Shown here: in pieces, positions 39,015 to 53,900 of the stretch
Layout of the letters: each line of letters begins with the position of its first letter
Position numbering within the stretch: position 1 is the stretch's first letter
DNA from: Antedon mediterranea
Lineage: Eukaryota; Animalia; Echinodermata
Direction of reading: 5' to 3'
NCBI RefSeq assembly: GCF_964355755.1
Contig: NC_092675.1
Coordinates: 863,812 to 927,811, forward strand
DNA: 64,000 nt
Program-made: the position numbers and the translations under genes
The notes under the pieces: model-generated
Database searches by the model: none
Seen by the model: only the letters and a program-made list of their open reading frames with translations
What the model was told of the DNA's origin: nothing

Positions 39015-41650
39015 TTAGCGCTTTCTTCTAATCATTTTAGATGCCAAAACTTTGCCGTTTGTAAACCTTACTTGTCAGCCAGCCTGACATATCTAAAACT
39101 TGATTTTTTTAATTAAGAAACATACACCTATAAATGTACAAAATATTTTAAATTCACATCCTCTTTACAAAATGTCAACATTTGAATATTGTTTATTATG
39201 GAAAGGTTTTAACTATTTTGATTGTTAGACACACACAACTAAATCAAATACACACCACATAATGAAGCAATTTGTTGCAACTCAATTTCTCTACCAATCT
39301 TGCATACCTGAAATTCTTAAGTATCAAAAATAGGTGAACTTTACCATCATGGTTCAAACTCATTATTATAAGCTCTATTTAGAATTCAGTATATGATATC
39401 TTTTCAAAACATATTAATGTATGAAATTTATAATCTTCCATCTTTTTTTTGGAACCAATCAATAAATCTCTTCATAGGTTAAAAAAAAAAATGAAACAAT
39501 TGGTATTGTAGGTATCTATCATTCTTGGAAATCAAAAAAAAAAATGAAATAATAGTAAAGTTCAGCACTTATTTTTACCATTTTTACCCCCTCCCCCCCC
39601 CCATGCACTACAGGTATTTCTAATGATATTAATGTGTTTCAGAGGTTTTGTTTTCTTCGTTCTTATATTGATTTTTACTAATTCCATAAAATTGTGCTTA
39701 CCTTTTAAGCATTCTTAAAATTACAGTATGTTTCTCATCTGTACAATGGTATCTGGATTACTTCTGGTTTGAACTCATTAAAGCATCATTGGAGTATGAC
39801 ATTGACTTTTATGTCATTATGTTTTTATTCAGTTGTTCTTGGATTTATCTCAATTCAATGAATATATGATAATTTACAAGCAGGTTAAGGTTGTACACTG
39901 TTCATATCATGTCAAAGCCCTTTGTGTTATGAGCTGTACAGATTATAATAATAAATCTGTATATTTCATAATTTTGTACCATGACTTTATTTTGAATATT
40001 GGATAAGAATTTGATTTTGTTCCAGGAAAAAAATAACCAATGAAATTGAAAAGAATAAACTAATTAAGTAAACAAATGTCATTGTTCTTGTATGAACCAT
40101 TTGTTTCGGTGGTTGTACCAGGACGAAAATATATAAACTTATATTTCTTACTGAAGAAAGTATTTTACTCTCTCATGAGGAAGCATAATGTGAGCGTTTT
40201 CACACAAAGTATAACTTTGTTTTGACAATAGGTAATAAAATGACATCCAGTCACATAGGTCCCCCATGCATTCAACTTCACCTTCTTAGGCTAAAGCCCT
40301 CAGTAGCTGCAAGGCCGAACGTAATGCAGGTCATGCTGCCTATTGGCTACTCCATAGTTGTAATAAGCTAAATGAGGGAATTCGGAAATTTTAAACAGGT
40401 GTTTGCAGGATGACTGTTAAGACAGACTGTAATGTTATAACAATTTTTTTTTACTTACAAAAAACGCTGCTCGACATTTTAAAATTAATCATTGTTCTTT
40501 CTTCAGATATCAGAATCCAAAATCGTTCAACCGTGAGCCCTCATAGACTCTCTTTTCCCAGATTTTTTTTTGGGTCCAGCAGCTCTGGGATCTATTAATT
40601 ATAGTCGAGTTTACAAAGTTGCAAAACTGTCAGCCTTAGATACTATAACTGCTGCTTGCTTCAGCTTATAAATTAGTAGTCCTCATGGGACGTAGCGGGC
40701 TAGAGCAGCAGCGTTAAAATAAAGCCTTCCTTGTCCAAATTATATAGCTAAGATATTTAACAGCTATATCTTATTCATTTTATTGCGCACTTGGCCCATT
40801 ATTGTCTTTAAAGCACACAGACATCATCTCAAAGTAAACCATTTCAATTATCAGACATGGTCTATAAACTTTGTACAAACATCCGCCACTTCTTGTCAAG
40901 TTGATATTTGTTGGCCTAGTTTCTTTGTATTTTTAGCTATACCAGTCTTTGGCTAAAACTGTTTATCCTGTTCTGTAAGTTAACCTGTAGGTAGCCAAAA
41001 TGTATTGCAAGTTTTCATTACAAATATAGAGGGCAGTAGACTAATATCATTATAAAACAAACTAGATTAAACAGAATCTGACTTGGTTATGTATGGCTGT
41101 TATATCAATTACCTTCCATCTTCACACTTAAATTTACCTGGAAAATCAATAATTTCGAGAGAGGTTAAACCATTGAGCATGATTATTTGACATCAGTTGG
41201 AAATGCAGTATTAAAGGGGAGATGTTAGATGGTCAATCCATTGCTTTTATACAAGTGATTAATAGACAAACTGGCATCTTACAATTGTCCTAGTGTGTGA
41301 CTCATGTGTTACATGATTTGTAAATACTATTCACAAAGTAGTATTACTAGTCTAGTGTTTTACAGTACATTATTTAAATGTTTTTGTTTTGCTTTTTTTT
41401 GTATTACATTGTAAAATTTGGATAATCTTTTTACTTTAGCTATAACAATTCAAATTGCTTGATAATTTCAATAGAAATGAAGTAATGTTTTTAATGAAAT
41501 TAATTTTCTAAGCAAATTACTGTATAAATTGAAACGTTTTTTACCATATCATATCATTATTAATAGTTATTAATCATATCATTAACCAACATGAACCAAA
41601 CCTAAATCATAGGCAGATATTCGAAAAGGGTCATCTTCTAAATTCCTCGT

Positions 41651-41731
41651 GTTCTGTCTACATTATCAAACTAGTGTGATGGGCACATCACATTTTTTTG
41701 TCACAAAAAGTTTGATAGTGTAGACAGAGCT
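41651..41731. mobile_element. Internally deleted copy of the same MITE, opposite orientation to copy 1
   Basis: tctgtctacattatcaaactag...gggcacatcaca...gtttgatagtgtagacagagct followed by TTAA. Confidence 0.85.
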
Positions 41732-42189
41732 TTAAGAAATAGCCAAACTGACCACATGTTTAGTAATTCATAGCCATCTTTACACTTCACACATTCATGT
41801 CACAGAGAAGGCAAAGATGAGGGATAGTTTAATTAAATATATTTTACACTATGAGAGAATATAAGGTAAGATAAGATAAATCTCTATTGTCATGAACACA
41901 ACAAGGCAAACATGAAATTGGTTTTCCTTGATGCTTAAAAACACATACAATATATAAAACATTAAAAATATCAATAAAATACATTAAAACTATATACATA
42001 CAGTTGTAAACAAGTAAAACAAACTATCTTTGAAATGTTGAGTTGGAAACATGAATCACCCTCTCCACAATTAAATCATTCTCTGTCAAATAAGTAGCAT
42101 TTCCTTGGTAGAATACCTGAATAATAGTAGTTCGTATAACAGAACTTTAAATTCTGTGCAGATCAAAGTGATACATCTTCATCTCTGAA

Positions 42190-42339
42190 CGTTTTCAGAG
42201 TTTCACTCTAGTCTCACTTGAGGCTCAGAGAGTGTACTGTTGTAAAAACTGTTATAACCCTTTGATTAGGTCAAAATTGAACCATGGACCTTGGGATTGG
42301 AAGGCAAGCATGTTTAACCACCAAGCTACAACTCCACTA
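42190..42339 (-). mobile_element. tRNA(Gly-like)-derived SINE 5' region
   Basis: attgaaccatggaccttgggattggaaggcaagcatgtttaaccaccaagctacaactccacta, plus an agagagtgt block matching the 19273 copy. Confidence 0.65.
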
Positions 42340-44989
42340 TTCATATATATTTGTAGAATTCTCTTTAATAACCCTTTAATAATCATTTTTGTCTTTTGTG
42401 ATGCATTACATTATTCAATTTGTTTCAGAACATTATTTATCAGTGATAAAACATTTGTAATGTAAGGGACTTTTCTGTTTAATATCTATACATATACATT
42501 ATCTATTAGTTATTAATATCTGATGTTACACAGTATGAATAATAAGTATACATTATCTATGATGTATCTTTAAGTTTTGAATGTTTTATTGATACTAATG
42601 ACACAGTCAAATGTTTTGCATTTACTCCGTAATCAATACAGTAGTTGAAATCAGTTCAGATTGTCATAAAAAATGTATTTTTCTATGTTGTTTGCAGAAT
42701 CAATTTATAAAACAATATTTGAAAAGAAATTATACACAAAGAATTAATTGAAAAATGAAAAATATAAATAAATGAAATAAACACTTTTACAGACCATTTT
42801 GTAGTTTTGAAAAAGTTTTAAAATTATGATTTTGCTTTTAAAAATAGCAAAATTTATGTTTTACTTTTTTTGGTTTTTGGATAAATATATTTTTTCCCTA
42901 TTCAATTTTTAGTCAATACTATATGATTTGACCTAATGGCCTATTCAACTAAACATTTTGTTTTTCAGGGAGATAATGACAACTACTGTACATTGTTATC
43001 TTAAAAAGAGAAAATGCTTTTCATAGTATAATTTTAATTATTGTTTGTATTTTGTGTACTATTTATATAGGTATGATTAGGTATCATATGAAAGTCAATA
43101 ACTGCGATGCCAGTACATCTAAAAGACTTTAAAAGACTGTACTAAGTAAATTATAGATACCACATCTTATTGTTATTAGATATCTTTCTTTTCTTTGTTT
43201 GGATTAGACATTGGAATCAGGGATGAAATTATGCTGTTCATAACAAACAAATAATCCCACATATCAGCCATAATTCCTTTAAAAAAGAACAGTCAGCCAA
43301 ATGCTTTTATTTTTTGTAATTGTTTTTAAAAGCTGATTTTGTGTTAACATAAATGACAACAAATATATTGTTTGAAGGTTTGCATGGCGAAATTAAATGT
43401 ACATGGTGGATCGCAAACTTTATATCAATAAATAACAATTCTCTTATGCATACAATTGTTATTACACATTTTATTGCTCAGTTTACAAAGTACCCAAAAA
43501 AAATAATCTCAATTTTTTGGTCAGTCAGGTTGGGTGCAACATATTTAGTTTTAAGTATATTTGCGAGAGAGTACTAAAATAAAAATGAATCTCCTAGAAT
43601 ACACAAGCATTATTATATAATAGAAGATCATGATTTAAAATTGATTGAACTTAAAAATATACTTCTTCTTATATAGAAGAAAAGAAACTTGGTACTCACT
43701 GCTTCCCAGGGATTAGTAGGTACAATGTAACTTATTTGTCCATGAATGTACATTGAAATAATTAAACAATATTCACAATTCACAGCATATTAAAATATAT
43801 TTAGATGCATTTATACAAGAAAATTACTATAAAATATACACACAAAAAAAGGAATTCAAAAAATTTGTATTATATTGTAGTGTTTTGTAAGCAGATATAG
43901 TTATTAATATTTCCCTGACAAATTGTGCAAATTACTCTAAATTAAAATTAAAAAGAAACATTTTAACAAATACATTACAAAAATGTGTATTATATTAGTA
44001 ATTTAATAAGAGTATTTGTGTCTCATTTTTATGTTGTGTAAACTGATATAGTTATCAATTGTAGTCTATCAATTTTTACGTGAAAAAATTGTTGAAATTC
44101 TGCATTAGTAATTGGATGTTTTCTTCTCATTTGCTTCGACAACCATGATGCACACGCATCATACGACTGTTTACATATTCATTGCAAGTGTCTTTTAAAC
44201 AGCTTTGGTAGAGTCGGTTAATGGTTTAAAATCCTTTCTGAATCTTAATAGCAAATGCACTCAGGGTAATAAAATACAATCGTCCAACAATCTACATTTT
44301 ATGGTAGTTCCATTATTTCTGTTCATTTAGAATTACACACGAGGGCGTTTAGTATTCTTGTTAACAATAACACGATAACAAGTGTGTATATCAATTGAAA
44401 ATATACTTCAATGATTATTACTTTGTTTTCTTTATTTATTTTCAAATAATTTACAATCATTGTATTGTTTTTTTCTGTTCTGTTTGTGGTGGCCTCTGCT
44501 TAAAGTCTATTTATTATTGTGACGTATTGTGACCGTCATCCATATTTATAAATAGTTAAAGATTTATGATTGAAGAAGATTATATGTATTATTTGTGGAA
44601 ACTAAGAAACAACACCAATGTTTATTGATAAAACTATTTTGCATCAAACAAAATAAAAAGTATATAAACAATAACAGATCGTTGTTAATGTAAATTATTG
44701 TAAAATAAAAAATTGCAAGATTTAATATGTGAATAACATATGTATTATTTTCTTTATTGCTTATGTTCTTTCTTAACAGCTTGCTTTTGATGTTTTTGCC
44801 ACTAAAAATAGCTAGTTCCCTTATGCAATTCCCATCAAAAGGAAACTGGGAGTGCCCATGTATTTTCCTATTTTGTCCAGTCATGGTTAGTGACGGAAAG
44901 GGCACGGAATCAAGTTAACATACTGTTTGACTCAAATTATTTATAAACTAATTTCAATCCTTAGATTAAAAAGTTACAGGCACATCGGA

Positions 44990-45620
44990 AACCTCCAATT
45001 AAAGTCCAAGGAACAACCGTATTCAATTAAAAACCATCTACAATTGAAATGCACTATCTATATTAAGAACCACCTCCAATTCCACCTCAAATTAAACACC
45101 ATTTTTAAAGACCACTTCAAATTATATACAGCGTCCAATTTAGGACCACCTTCAATTCCACCTCAAATTAAACACCATTTTTAAAGACCACTTCAAATTA
45201 TATACAGCGTCCAATTTAGGACCACCTTCAATTCCACCTCAAATTAAACACCATTTTTAAAGACCACTTCAAATTATATACAGCGTCCAATTTAGGACCA
45301 CCTTCAATTCCACCTCAAATTAAACACCATTTTTAAAGACCACTTCAAATTATATACAGCCTCAAATTTAGGACCACCTTCAATTCCACCTCAAATTAAA
45401 CACCATTTTAAAAGACCACTTCAAATTATATACAGCCTCCAATCAAGGACCACTTCTAATTAAATACTCTTCCAATTAAAGACCACCTGCAATACCACCT
45501 CCAATTAAATACCATCTCCGTTAAAGGCTACCTCCAGTTATGCACTACCTCTAATTAAAAGGCCACGTCCAAATAAAGGTAACCTCCAAATAAACACTGT
45601 CCCTATTCTAAGACCACAAG
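44990..45620. repeat. Higher-order minisatellite: 5 x 76 bp (45078-45457) within a degenerate ~17-bp monomer array
   Basis: 76-bp units start at 45078, 45154, 45230, 45306, 45382; units and flanks are built from variants of ccacctccaattaaaga. Confidence 0.92.
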
Positions 45621-45732
45621 AATTGCACCAACCCAAAATGGTTGGAAACATCAAATGTTATTTTTATCAAAATAATAATTTATATTTCATAAGAATATTT
45701 ATTATCATTTAAGAAGAGGTATTGAAAAAATA

Positions 45733-45835
45733 TATTAAATAAAAGGAGTAGATACAGATGATACAGGCAAGATTCTTATTATTAAATAAAAGGAGTAAAT
45801 ACAGATGATACAGGCAAGATTCTTATTATTAAATA
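45733..45835. repeat. 47-bp tandem duplication
   Basis: tattaaataaaaggagtaratacagatgatacaggcaagattcttat at 45733 and 45780. Confidence 0.9.
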
Positions 45836-48800
45836 GAAGAAAATATGTATTTTAAATGTTCATATAATAATTTATTTATATTGTCCATACATTAGTTATC
45901 TAATAATTTCAGATTTTAAACCAGTTGTAAGATTAAGCTTTAAATTATATTAATAAAATTCAAAACATTAAAATGCCATACAAATTATTCTGATTTCATT
46001 GTATAATTTTTGTAGACTTATTCAAGCAGGCAATAGCATTGGTAATTATATATTGGACTCGATTACCTGAGCCGAAATGCCTCAGATCATAATGAGTCCG
46101 TTACCATAGCAACTGTTGGCATATCGTCAACTTTGCTATAATAACATTTGTGCGTTGAAGGGGAATAGGTGTTGTTGATCACTCAGATGTAAACTATTTA
46201 ACTGATGTTTAGAAAATGAAATTTTTTTTTTTAAAGAATCATAACTAAATGACGAGTTTATATGAAGCATGTTTCTCATCCAATTATGCATTCCTTTGGC
46301 ATTAAATGGATTTCAAAAGATGAAAAGTTTCTGATGAGTTGTGTTGTATTTAAGAAAGAATAGTAACATCTGTATAATTATATTGTATTTGATGTGTGCT
46401 GTTTGTCTGTGGTGAACTTTGAGTTTACTTTTGACTAAGAAAAGAAATACAAACAAATAGATAAAATTGTGATATGGGTGATGAAGATGAGAAATATTGA
46501 TATATAGGTGATATTGATTAAAACATGGTAATATTGGATAGAATAATGATAGAGATATTAAATCTTGATGACAATTAGTCATAAGTCATTATTCCTTGTG
46601 ATGATGTTGATGAGGATAGAGGTACCACAATGTTGATGGTAAGGTGATAAGCATGGAAAGGGGATAACAATAGTGATAATGATAATAGCTGATAATGATA
46701 TTGGTAGCAACAGATACAGATAATGATATCAATAATGATAAGATTGGTGTTAATATGAATAAATAATTTTCTTTGACATTTGTTTCTTTTTGCTAAGATA
46801 AGAAAAAGGAATCATCTCCAAATGTGTTCATAATAAATAATGATATTGGTGAAGAGCAACTTGCATTGTAATTTATTAATTTATATCAATGGTAAATAAA
46901 CAATACAAAAAAAAGACTAGTAATATATAATAGTTAAACAATACAACAATACCATTAATAGAGGATCACGCAAGATCCATAAACAACAAGAAAAAATGCA
47001 TTTGTAAATAATTATATATATAAAAGAAAATAAGGTAAAACAGTTCTAGTTCAAATACAATGATAAAGGATTTTTAAATTTTTTACGAAAAGGTGAAAGA
47101 AAGGAAGAGTTAACAATACTGGTATAAAATATAAATAACACAAAACAAGTAATCACAATAATCTAATTTTAGGCCAATATTAATAAAAAAGCACTTTTTG
47201 TCAAACAATAATTGTTATGTCCAGGAGACTATCTTCAAAATCAAGTTGACATCAATAATTACATTCATATAAACCACTAAATTGTGCATGCTTTTTACAG
47301 CAAGGTCAGCAAGGTCAGAATGCAAAAAGCTTTGATGGTTCTAGGATTTTTAAGTAGAAGAGCACCTAATTAATTGATTGTGAAGATCTTTGCATTCAAG
47401 TCTCCAAGGCGTTTTAAAATTTAGTAAAGGAAGTCTTGACATCCTCTGATTGGCTAAAATTATACTGGATAATAATGTTAATTTTACTTTATTGAAGGCT
47501 ATAATTTACGTAATAACTGTTACATAACATAACATAGTAATTGTAGCAAATACTAAGCGATTATTTATTGATTGGTGTTATATTATTTTTATAATTTATT
47601 GAATGATGGTGAAATAATAAAAGAGAAAACAAGCAGAATACCAGTCAATATGGTAATTGACAATATGGAAATATTTATTATTAATATTATTATTATTATT
47701 AATTGATATATTAAAGATGTATTCATTATTTTTAATGAAATGTCATCCATGTAAAATAAGTTTTTAAATAAATATATAAATAAATAAATGTATTGTCACC
47801 CAAAAACATGAAAAAAAAAATGAAGATAACAAAATAAGAATTTTGTAGTTCACTTCTGTACAAAAAAAACCCAAAAATAATTCAAAAAATAATGTTTTTA
47901 TTTGTTAAAAAACAATTAAATTCAACTAAAATCCCCAAATTGAATAGTCATAACAGGCCTTAGTACTATATCATTTGATATTGATAAAGTTATTAGGTTT
48001 TTACAGGAAATACATACTTAAATCAAATTGAATTAAAACCTTGTTAAACGAATAAATAACATAAATATTTACTATCCAAACAATGAAAATACCATAGGTG
48101 AATCTTCAATCGGCATGGCCATAGATTTGTACACAGCATCCTGGGAATATTAGGCAATGCACTTCATGGTCTAATTATGGTACAATTTACTTAGTGTTAT
48201 ACTTAATAATAATATCATTCATCCCTAACGCACATTGTAAATTATGGCCCCTAGGCACTTTACATTAATACAAATATCAAGTGTGCCAAAGGATCACATC
48301 AGCTAGCTCAATAGGGAGTAATTCTACTATGTTGTAATAATAATTAGCCCATTGACATTCACGCCTCGAAGGTACATGCTAAATATTATAGATACAATTT
48401 CTTACCTAAAGACACAAATTGCCATCTCATTTATTGACTACTTCAAAATCTGGCACCAATTAGAAATCAAATGTTATCATCAACTTTGTATTTTTTTTTG
48501 TTCTAATAAAAAAAGGTGTTAAAATCAATTTAATTTATAATCTGTATAGTCAAATTAAGATACTACTAATAATACCCTTTAATTTTATGATAGAAAAACG
48601 TCCAATTTAATGAAGGTAAAACAAACACCTTTTGTAGCAAAGACTGAATTTGAATTATTTATTAAACACTTTTATTCATTTTGATGGAACTAAAAAATGT
48701 TTTAAAAACAAAAAAAGACATATATTGTATGAAATTTAAAAAAAAACAATAGACCGACCAAAATAAGATTTAAAAACATAATTTAGACCAGAATCTAGGG

Positions 48801-50350
48801 AAGAATTTAGCATTTAAATAGTTTTTAATATTAGAGAACATATTTTACTCTACTTAAAATGGTGTAATTATTTCAGTTTGAGTGATTTTTAGCAACATAT
48901 TTGAAGTTATTAAATTTCAAGCATGTTGTAATTCTTATCATGTTCTTCATGAAGGAGAAATCAAATCATTTTGACCTTTAAAGAGTAGCAAAGCCAGAGG
49001 TCAAAGTAATTTAGTTATGGGTCAAGTTGCTAGTGTCACTTGGTTACCAAGGTGATAGCTATAACACCACTATTGCATGTAGGGAAGATTTGAACATAGT
49101 CAAGGAGCTTGGTGTCACAAGTTTGAGATCGCTGACATTCTTTTAGGCTCTGCAGCTTTGTTGGAGGTCTGTGGTGTAGAAGTTAAGATATGCCTGGTGT
49201 TTCAAGGGGTAAAGGTTGCTTGTTCAATAATTGAATTTTGAAATATTATAACAATGACTTGGTACACATGCTGACTTTTTAGGCTACTATACTTTGCATT
49301 GAATAAATCTTTTATAAAATCTTAAATATAATATAAAAAAAAATTAGTGATTTATCTGTCCAATGGATGGATGGCGGTCATCTCAAGATGACCATTCTGG
49401 GACCCGATTATGAGTACAGAATCTGTCCAAGAATTATGAAATTGGCCGGCAAAAATAAATTAGTCCAAAAAGCGCAATGGCTAAATGGGACTTAAAAGGT
49501 GCCGACGCTCGAACAACGTAAACATTATAGTTATTTAGAAAAGATAGAGAAACAAATTGTGGGTTACTGCTATTAATATAATAATGTATATGGAAAATAA
49601 TTTACCAGAATTCAGTTGTATTTTTTTACAACCAACTTTAAAAAAGAAAAGAAAATATATGCTAATTTTTTATGTCTTTTTGAGTATTTCCTTCCAAGCT
49701 TGTAAATTCTTAATTTATGATGCAGTAAAAGTGTTTTCTGTTTTTAAAGTAATTTTGTTTATATCTTTTGTAAATGTTAATTAAGTTCGAACTAATCTGT
49801 TCTTTAATTATCGTCTAAGAAACGATTACTTTACAAAAATAAAATCATTTGTCATTTCTATATGAAATAAGATAATATAATTGTATGATGTTCTTTTATT
49901 CAAAATGATAAATTCTGTTCCACCCACTAGAATCAATATTTAATCACATTCTCAGTGCCTTGGAGTTTATGACATTGACGTAGTAATATGAATTATGAAA
50001 ATAGGTTGAGATAATTGTGCGTGCATTTACTCTTTGTCTTGTGTGTTAAACGGCCAATCAGCATTTCTCATTTATTAGAACATGCACAATAGTGTTTTAG
50101 ATTACTCCATTATCGCTGTAGGGGACGGCACAATCAATTTTATACATATCTTTTATTGTTATATTGTAATCATAAAATGATGAAATATCGACAGGAGAAT
50201 TCTTTGTTATGAATTCATTTTTTCTTTTACATTATGACTTTCAAATACAGATTATGTTATCTTGTAACATAATGAAACGCACAATATTCAATAATTACAG
50301 TGTTGGAGAACCCATCCATAATACTAAGGTATTAAACCACTATCTTGTAC

Positions 50351-50549
50351 AATTGAAATAAATCATATAAAAATAAATAGGGTGTACCTGAGCAATCTAG
50401 AATATTCTATATAACCGTATTCCCTAAAATGATATTAATGTATGTGTTTGTAAATTGAAGAAATCATATAAAAATAAATATAGTGTACCTGATAAATCTA
50501 GAATATTCTATAACTGTATACCCTAAAATGATATTAATTTATGTGTTTG
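50351..50549. repeat. ~102-bp diverged tandem duplication
   Basis: aattgaa...aaatcatataaaaataaata...gtgtacctga...aatctagaatattctat...ccctaaaatgatattaat...tatgtgtttg at 50351 and 50453. Confidence 0.88.
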
Positions 50550-50805
50550 ATATATTTAAATTATTAAAGTATGTTGGTAGTAGATTTATTACTGATGCTT
50601 TTAATGAGTTTAGTAGATATCGCTGTCATAACGATGCTCATCGTCTCATTAATTCATAATTATAAAATATGTAGTTCATGAAATAATAGGTTAATTAATT
50701 GTCTACATTATTGATGGCAACAATGAATTATTTTGAAAGTAGCACTTGATGGATATCTATGAGTGTGTGATAAATTATTTTTACAATGACTCTCCCTTCA
50801 AATAA

Positions 50806-50964
50806 TGCCCCTTTCACACAGAGTGAGACGGTAATATTGCGCAGTAATTACACAAATGCTGAAATAAGTATTTTTCAATTGTTCCCATTCACACAGTAAA
50901 TGGTTGAAATTACTGCAGTATTAACTTTTATGTAATATTGCTGCAATTTATGTGTGAAAAGGTG
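50806..50964. mobile_element. Degenerate MITE
   Basis: tgcccctttcacaca ... tgtgtgaaaaggtg imperfect inverted ends; internal gtaatattgc repeats. Confidence 0.4.
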
Positions 50965-53900
50965 TGATTAATTAGATGTTGAATTAACCAAATAATTCAT
51001 TAATTTAAATAATTCTATTTATAAATATTTTCACTTATTTTTATTAAACAGTACATACATTTCATCATTTATTTGTTCCTGTGTCAAAACATACATACAT
51101 AAATGAGTTTCAGAAATTATTTGAATTTTATTATTTTCTATTATTAAATTTTATTCTTAAATTGGACCAAGTTGATATTGCTTTAGTCTACCCTATTTAT
51201 TAATGGACTGTTCCATAATTTATTAATTTACATTGAAGATGTTGATGATTTATTTAGATTTGTCGGTTTAAATCATAAGCGAGGTTGATAAGTCAGTGTA
51301 AACAATATGTGTCCATATGCTAAATATCTAACACAATTATCTAGACTTGTGGCTAATTGCTGTGGTTGCTAATTAATTTTGTTTACCTGGTTCAAACAAG
51401 TTGGCTGCTAAAATCACTATCCCTTTTAATATTTATTACACTTAAACAGGTTAAGATTTACTTATTACTTTTTTTAAATTTTAATTTAGGTACTCAAATT
51501 ATTGTATAAAGTACATATTTTTTTAAACTTTTTAAAATGTTTCCAAATATGCATTTTTAAAAGTGCTTTATTAAAATGTAAAACTGACAGAGCTTGTCTT
51601 CATAGCAATATCAAAGGTTTGTTATTATTACTGTATTGCATACAAAGATAGAGTAAATGTTAAGTGGACCAACCATGACCAATAAATTAAGCCACTTTTA
51701 AAACTTGCCTGCAAAGAGGGATGTGTTGACAATAGAGATTACAGGAACTTATTGAAATTAAAGCAAGTGACATTTGTTTACCAAAAGGTTTATACATTCT
51801 AATCCTAATCCCAGTTTAACCTATTCAGGTACTTAAATGCAACTTCTATTAATAAAATGGCTGCAAAGTCAATAGTTGTTTCCCTTGTTTTCTACATTTG
51901 ATACAAATTACTAGTAACAGTGATATTCGCACCTGCAGACGTTAAAAATCTTAACAACAAAAGTTGTTTTGCAATGCTTGAATGCAGTTAAATGCTGTAA
52001 ATAAGAAATTAAATTGAAATACACCTTTGATTCCCTTGATTTCTTTAGCTTTGTTTCATTTGTATGTTGTGGCTATCATATATTGCTAAATGAGATTTTT
52101 ACTCTCAGTAGGTAAATCATTAAAACCATTATTATTTAATAATAGACATTTACTTACAAGTAAGTTCGTAACTGTAATTTTCCCCACTTTTATTTAACTT
52201 TAAACTGGCTTAGACTTTATTCGAATAACGCTTTTGGGCCAGCAGCTTATAAAAACGGTGCGTTCTAACATTAACAATACAGTTTACAAAAATAAGTTTC
52301 ATCAAAACTAAAAATATTAAATTTGTATTCAAAGTGGAGAATTTGTCAAGACTATCAGGTATTGAAACTATTGGAAAAAAACTAACTATTGTAATGTAGA
52401 TGAAACTAAATAAACAACTAAAATAATAACAATTTTTTTTTAAATTGTTGAAATGTGACTACAATATATTTCTATAAAATTGTGTTAGTGTTTATCCAAC
52501 AGCTCTGCAATGTTTTTCTGGATCGTTTTTTATTTTATTTTGTCTTCATTGTAATTTTTTTTTCTCAGTAATTTGCCTTTGATTAATAATACGGTAGATA
52601 TAAAATAGCAACAGTTAAAGAAAACCAAAGAGCAGTGAAAGTACTGTAACTGACATGTTTCACTTTAGAGATGGCAGAATTAAATTTACAACTTTTTAAA
52701 GTGTTTTATTGTTACGCTTTTTGTTGATAATTAAGATAGTATAAAAGATTGATTTTGTAGAAGAGTTTTATAATGAGAAGCAATGGCTGAACACGATCTA
52801 CAGTTGAAACAACCGTCATTGATTAACTAGAGTTAAATCTGACAGACAAATAGTCGTCATCCATTTATTGTTTAGTTTAAGCTATAGTTAAAAAATATTG
52901 AGAAACTTTTGTATGAACATACATGACTGTCGCTGTTCTATCACTTACATTACCAAATCCTGTTTTCTGTTTAAAACTGGTTGCCTTAAATACTACGTTT
53001 CCACATTGGTATTTTGACTATACCCTTTTCACATCTTCAAACCTGGTGTAACAAGTTGTAACCAATAATTTATTCAATTTATTTACTAAATGTGGTCGAT
53101 CGTGTGTGTATTTGTTTCTTTTTTTTTTTCTTACTCTAAAAGGTATTGCCCGATTTTAATATGGGCTCTCTGAGTGCCCTTATACTTTCAACAATTGAAA
53201 TACTTTTTATTATCACTGACTTATATTGCTGTTGAAGAAGCCTCAATTTCTCCACATATTTTTTTTTTCAAATCTTTATTATGCATTATTTTTATTTCAT
53301 CTAAACATTAGTGACAATGTACCGTCGTAATAGTCTTTCTTTAATTAGATGATAAATCATATTAGCTTTATATATTCATGCAGCATTTCTTTCCACTTAA
53401 ACCAACCGATGAAACTGTTGTATGTATGCTTTAGTGAATTAATTAAATATTCAGTTTTAGCACTGTCTTGTACCTTTATATTGATTCTATTCATTTCTAT
53501 GTATTACACTGTAGTTAATTAAATCCTTCATAGACTTAGACCCCCTTCTTTAGGACATTTCTCTATTCAGGGGACGATCAAGGGGAGAGGAGTAATTAAA
53601 ATGAACTTAATCAGTGTAACATAGAAGAGTACAGGTCTTTTTCGTACTATTATTGACAATTTCATCGTAGATAAAGCAAATACGGTAATGTTTCAGCAAA
53701 AAAAAAAAACACACAAACTTATATTATTTATTTAATTACTTTATTTTTATTGCAATTATACTATGTGATCATCTTCTTTTTTTTTTATTCTCTTATCCAC
53801 TAAGAATACTATACATAAACAAATACTGTACTGTATACACAGTCAGATAAAACATGTTTTTGTCGCTCTTTTTGTGAGCTTTGGACAAATCATGTTTATA

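Noticed and set aside
46560-46760. GAT/AAT-rich tract resembling an Asp/Asn-rich exon
   Set aside because: Frequent TGA/TAA triplets and no clear splice signals; low-complexity microsatellite decay.
49156-49208. Possible fourth ZMIZ exon: acceptor ctctgcag, phase-1 reading (A)LLEVCGVEVKICLVFQG
   Set aside because: Only ALL matches the expected ALLSSWCEELGRLLLLRH, unlike the strong conservation of exons 1-3; probably chance.
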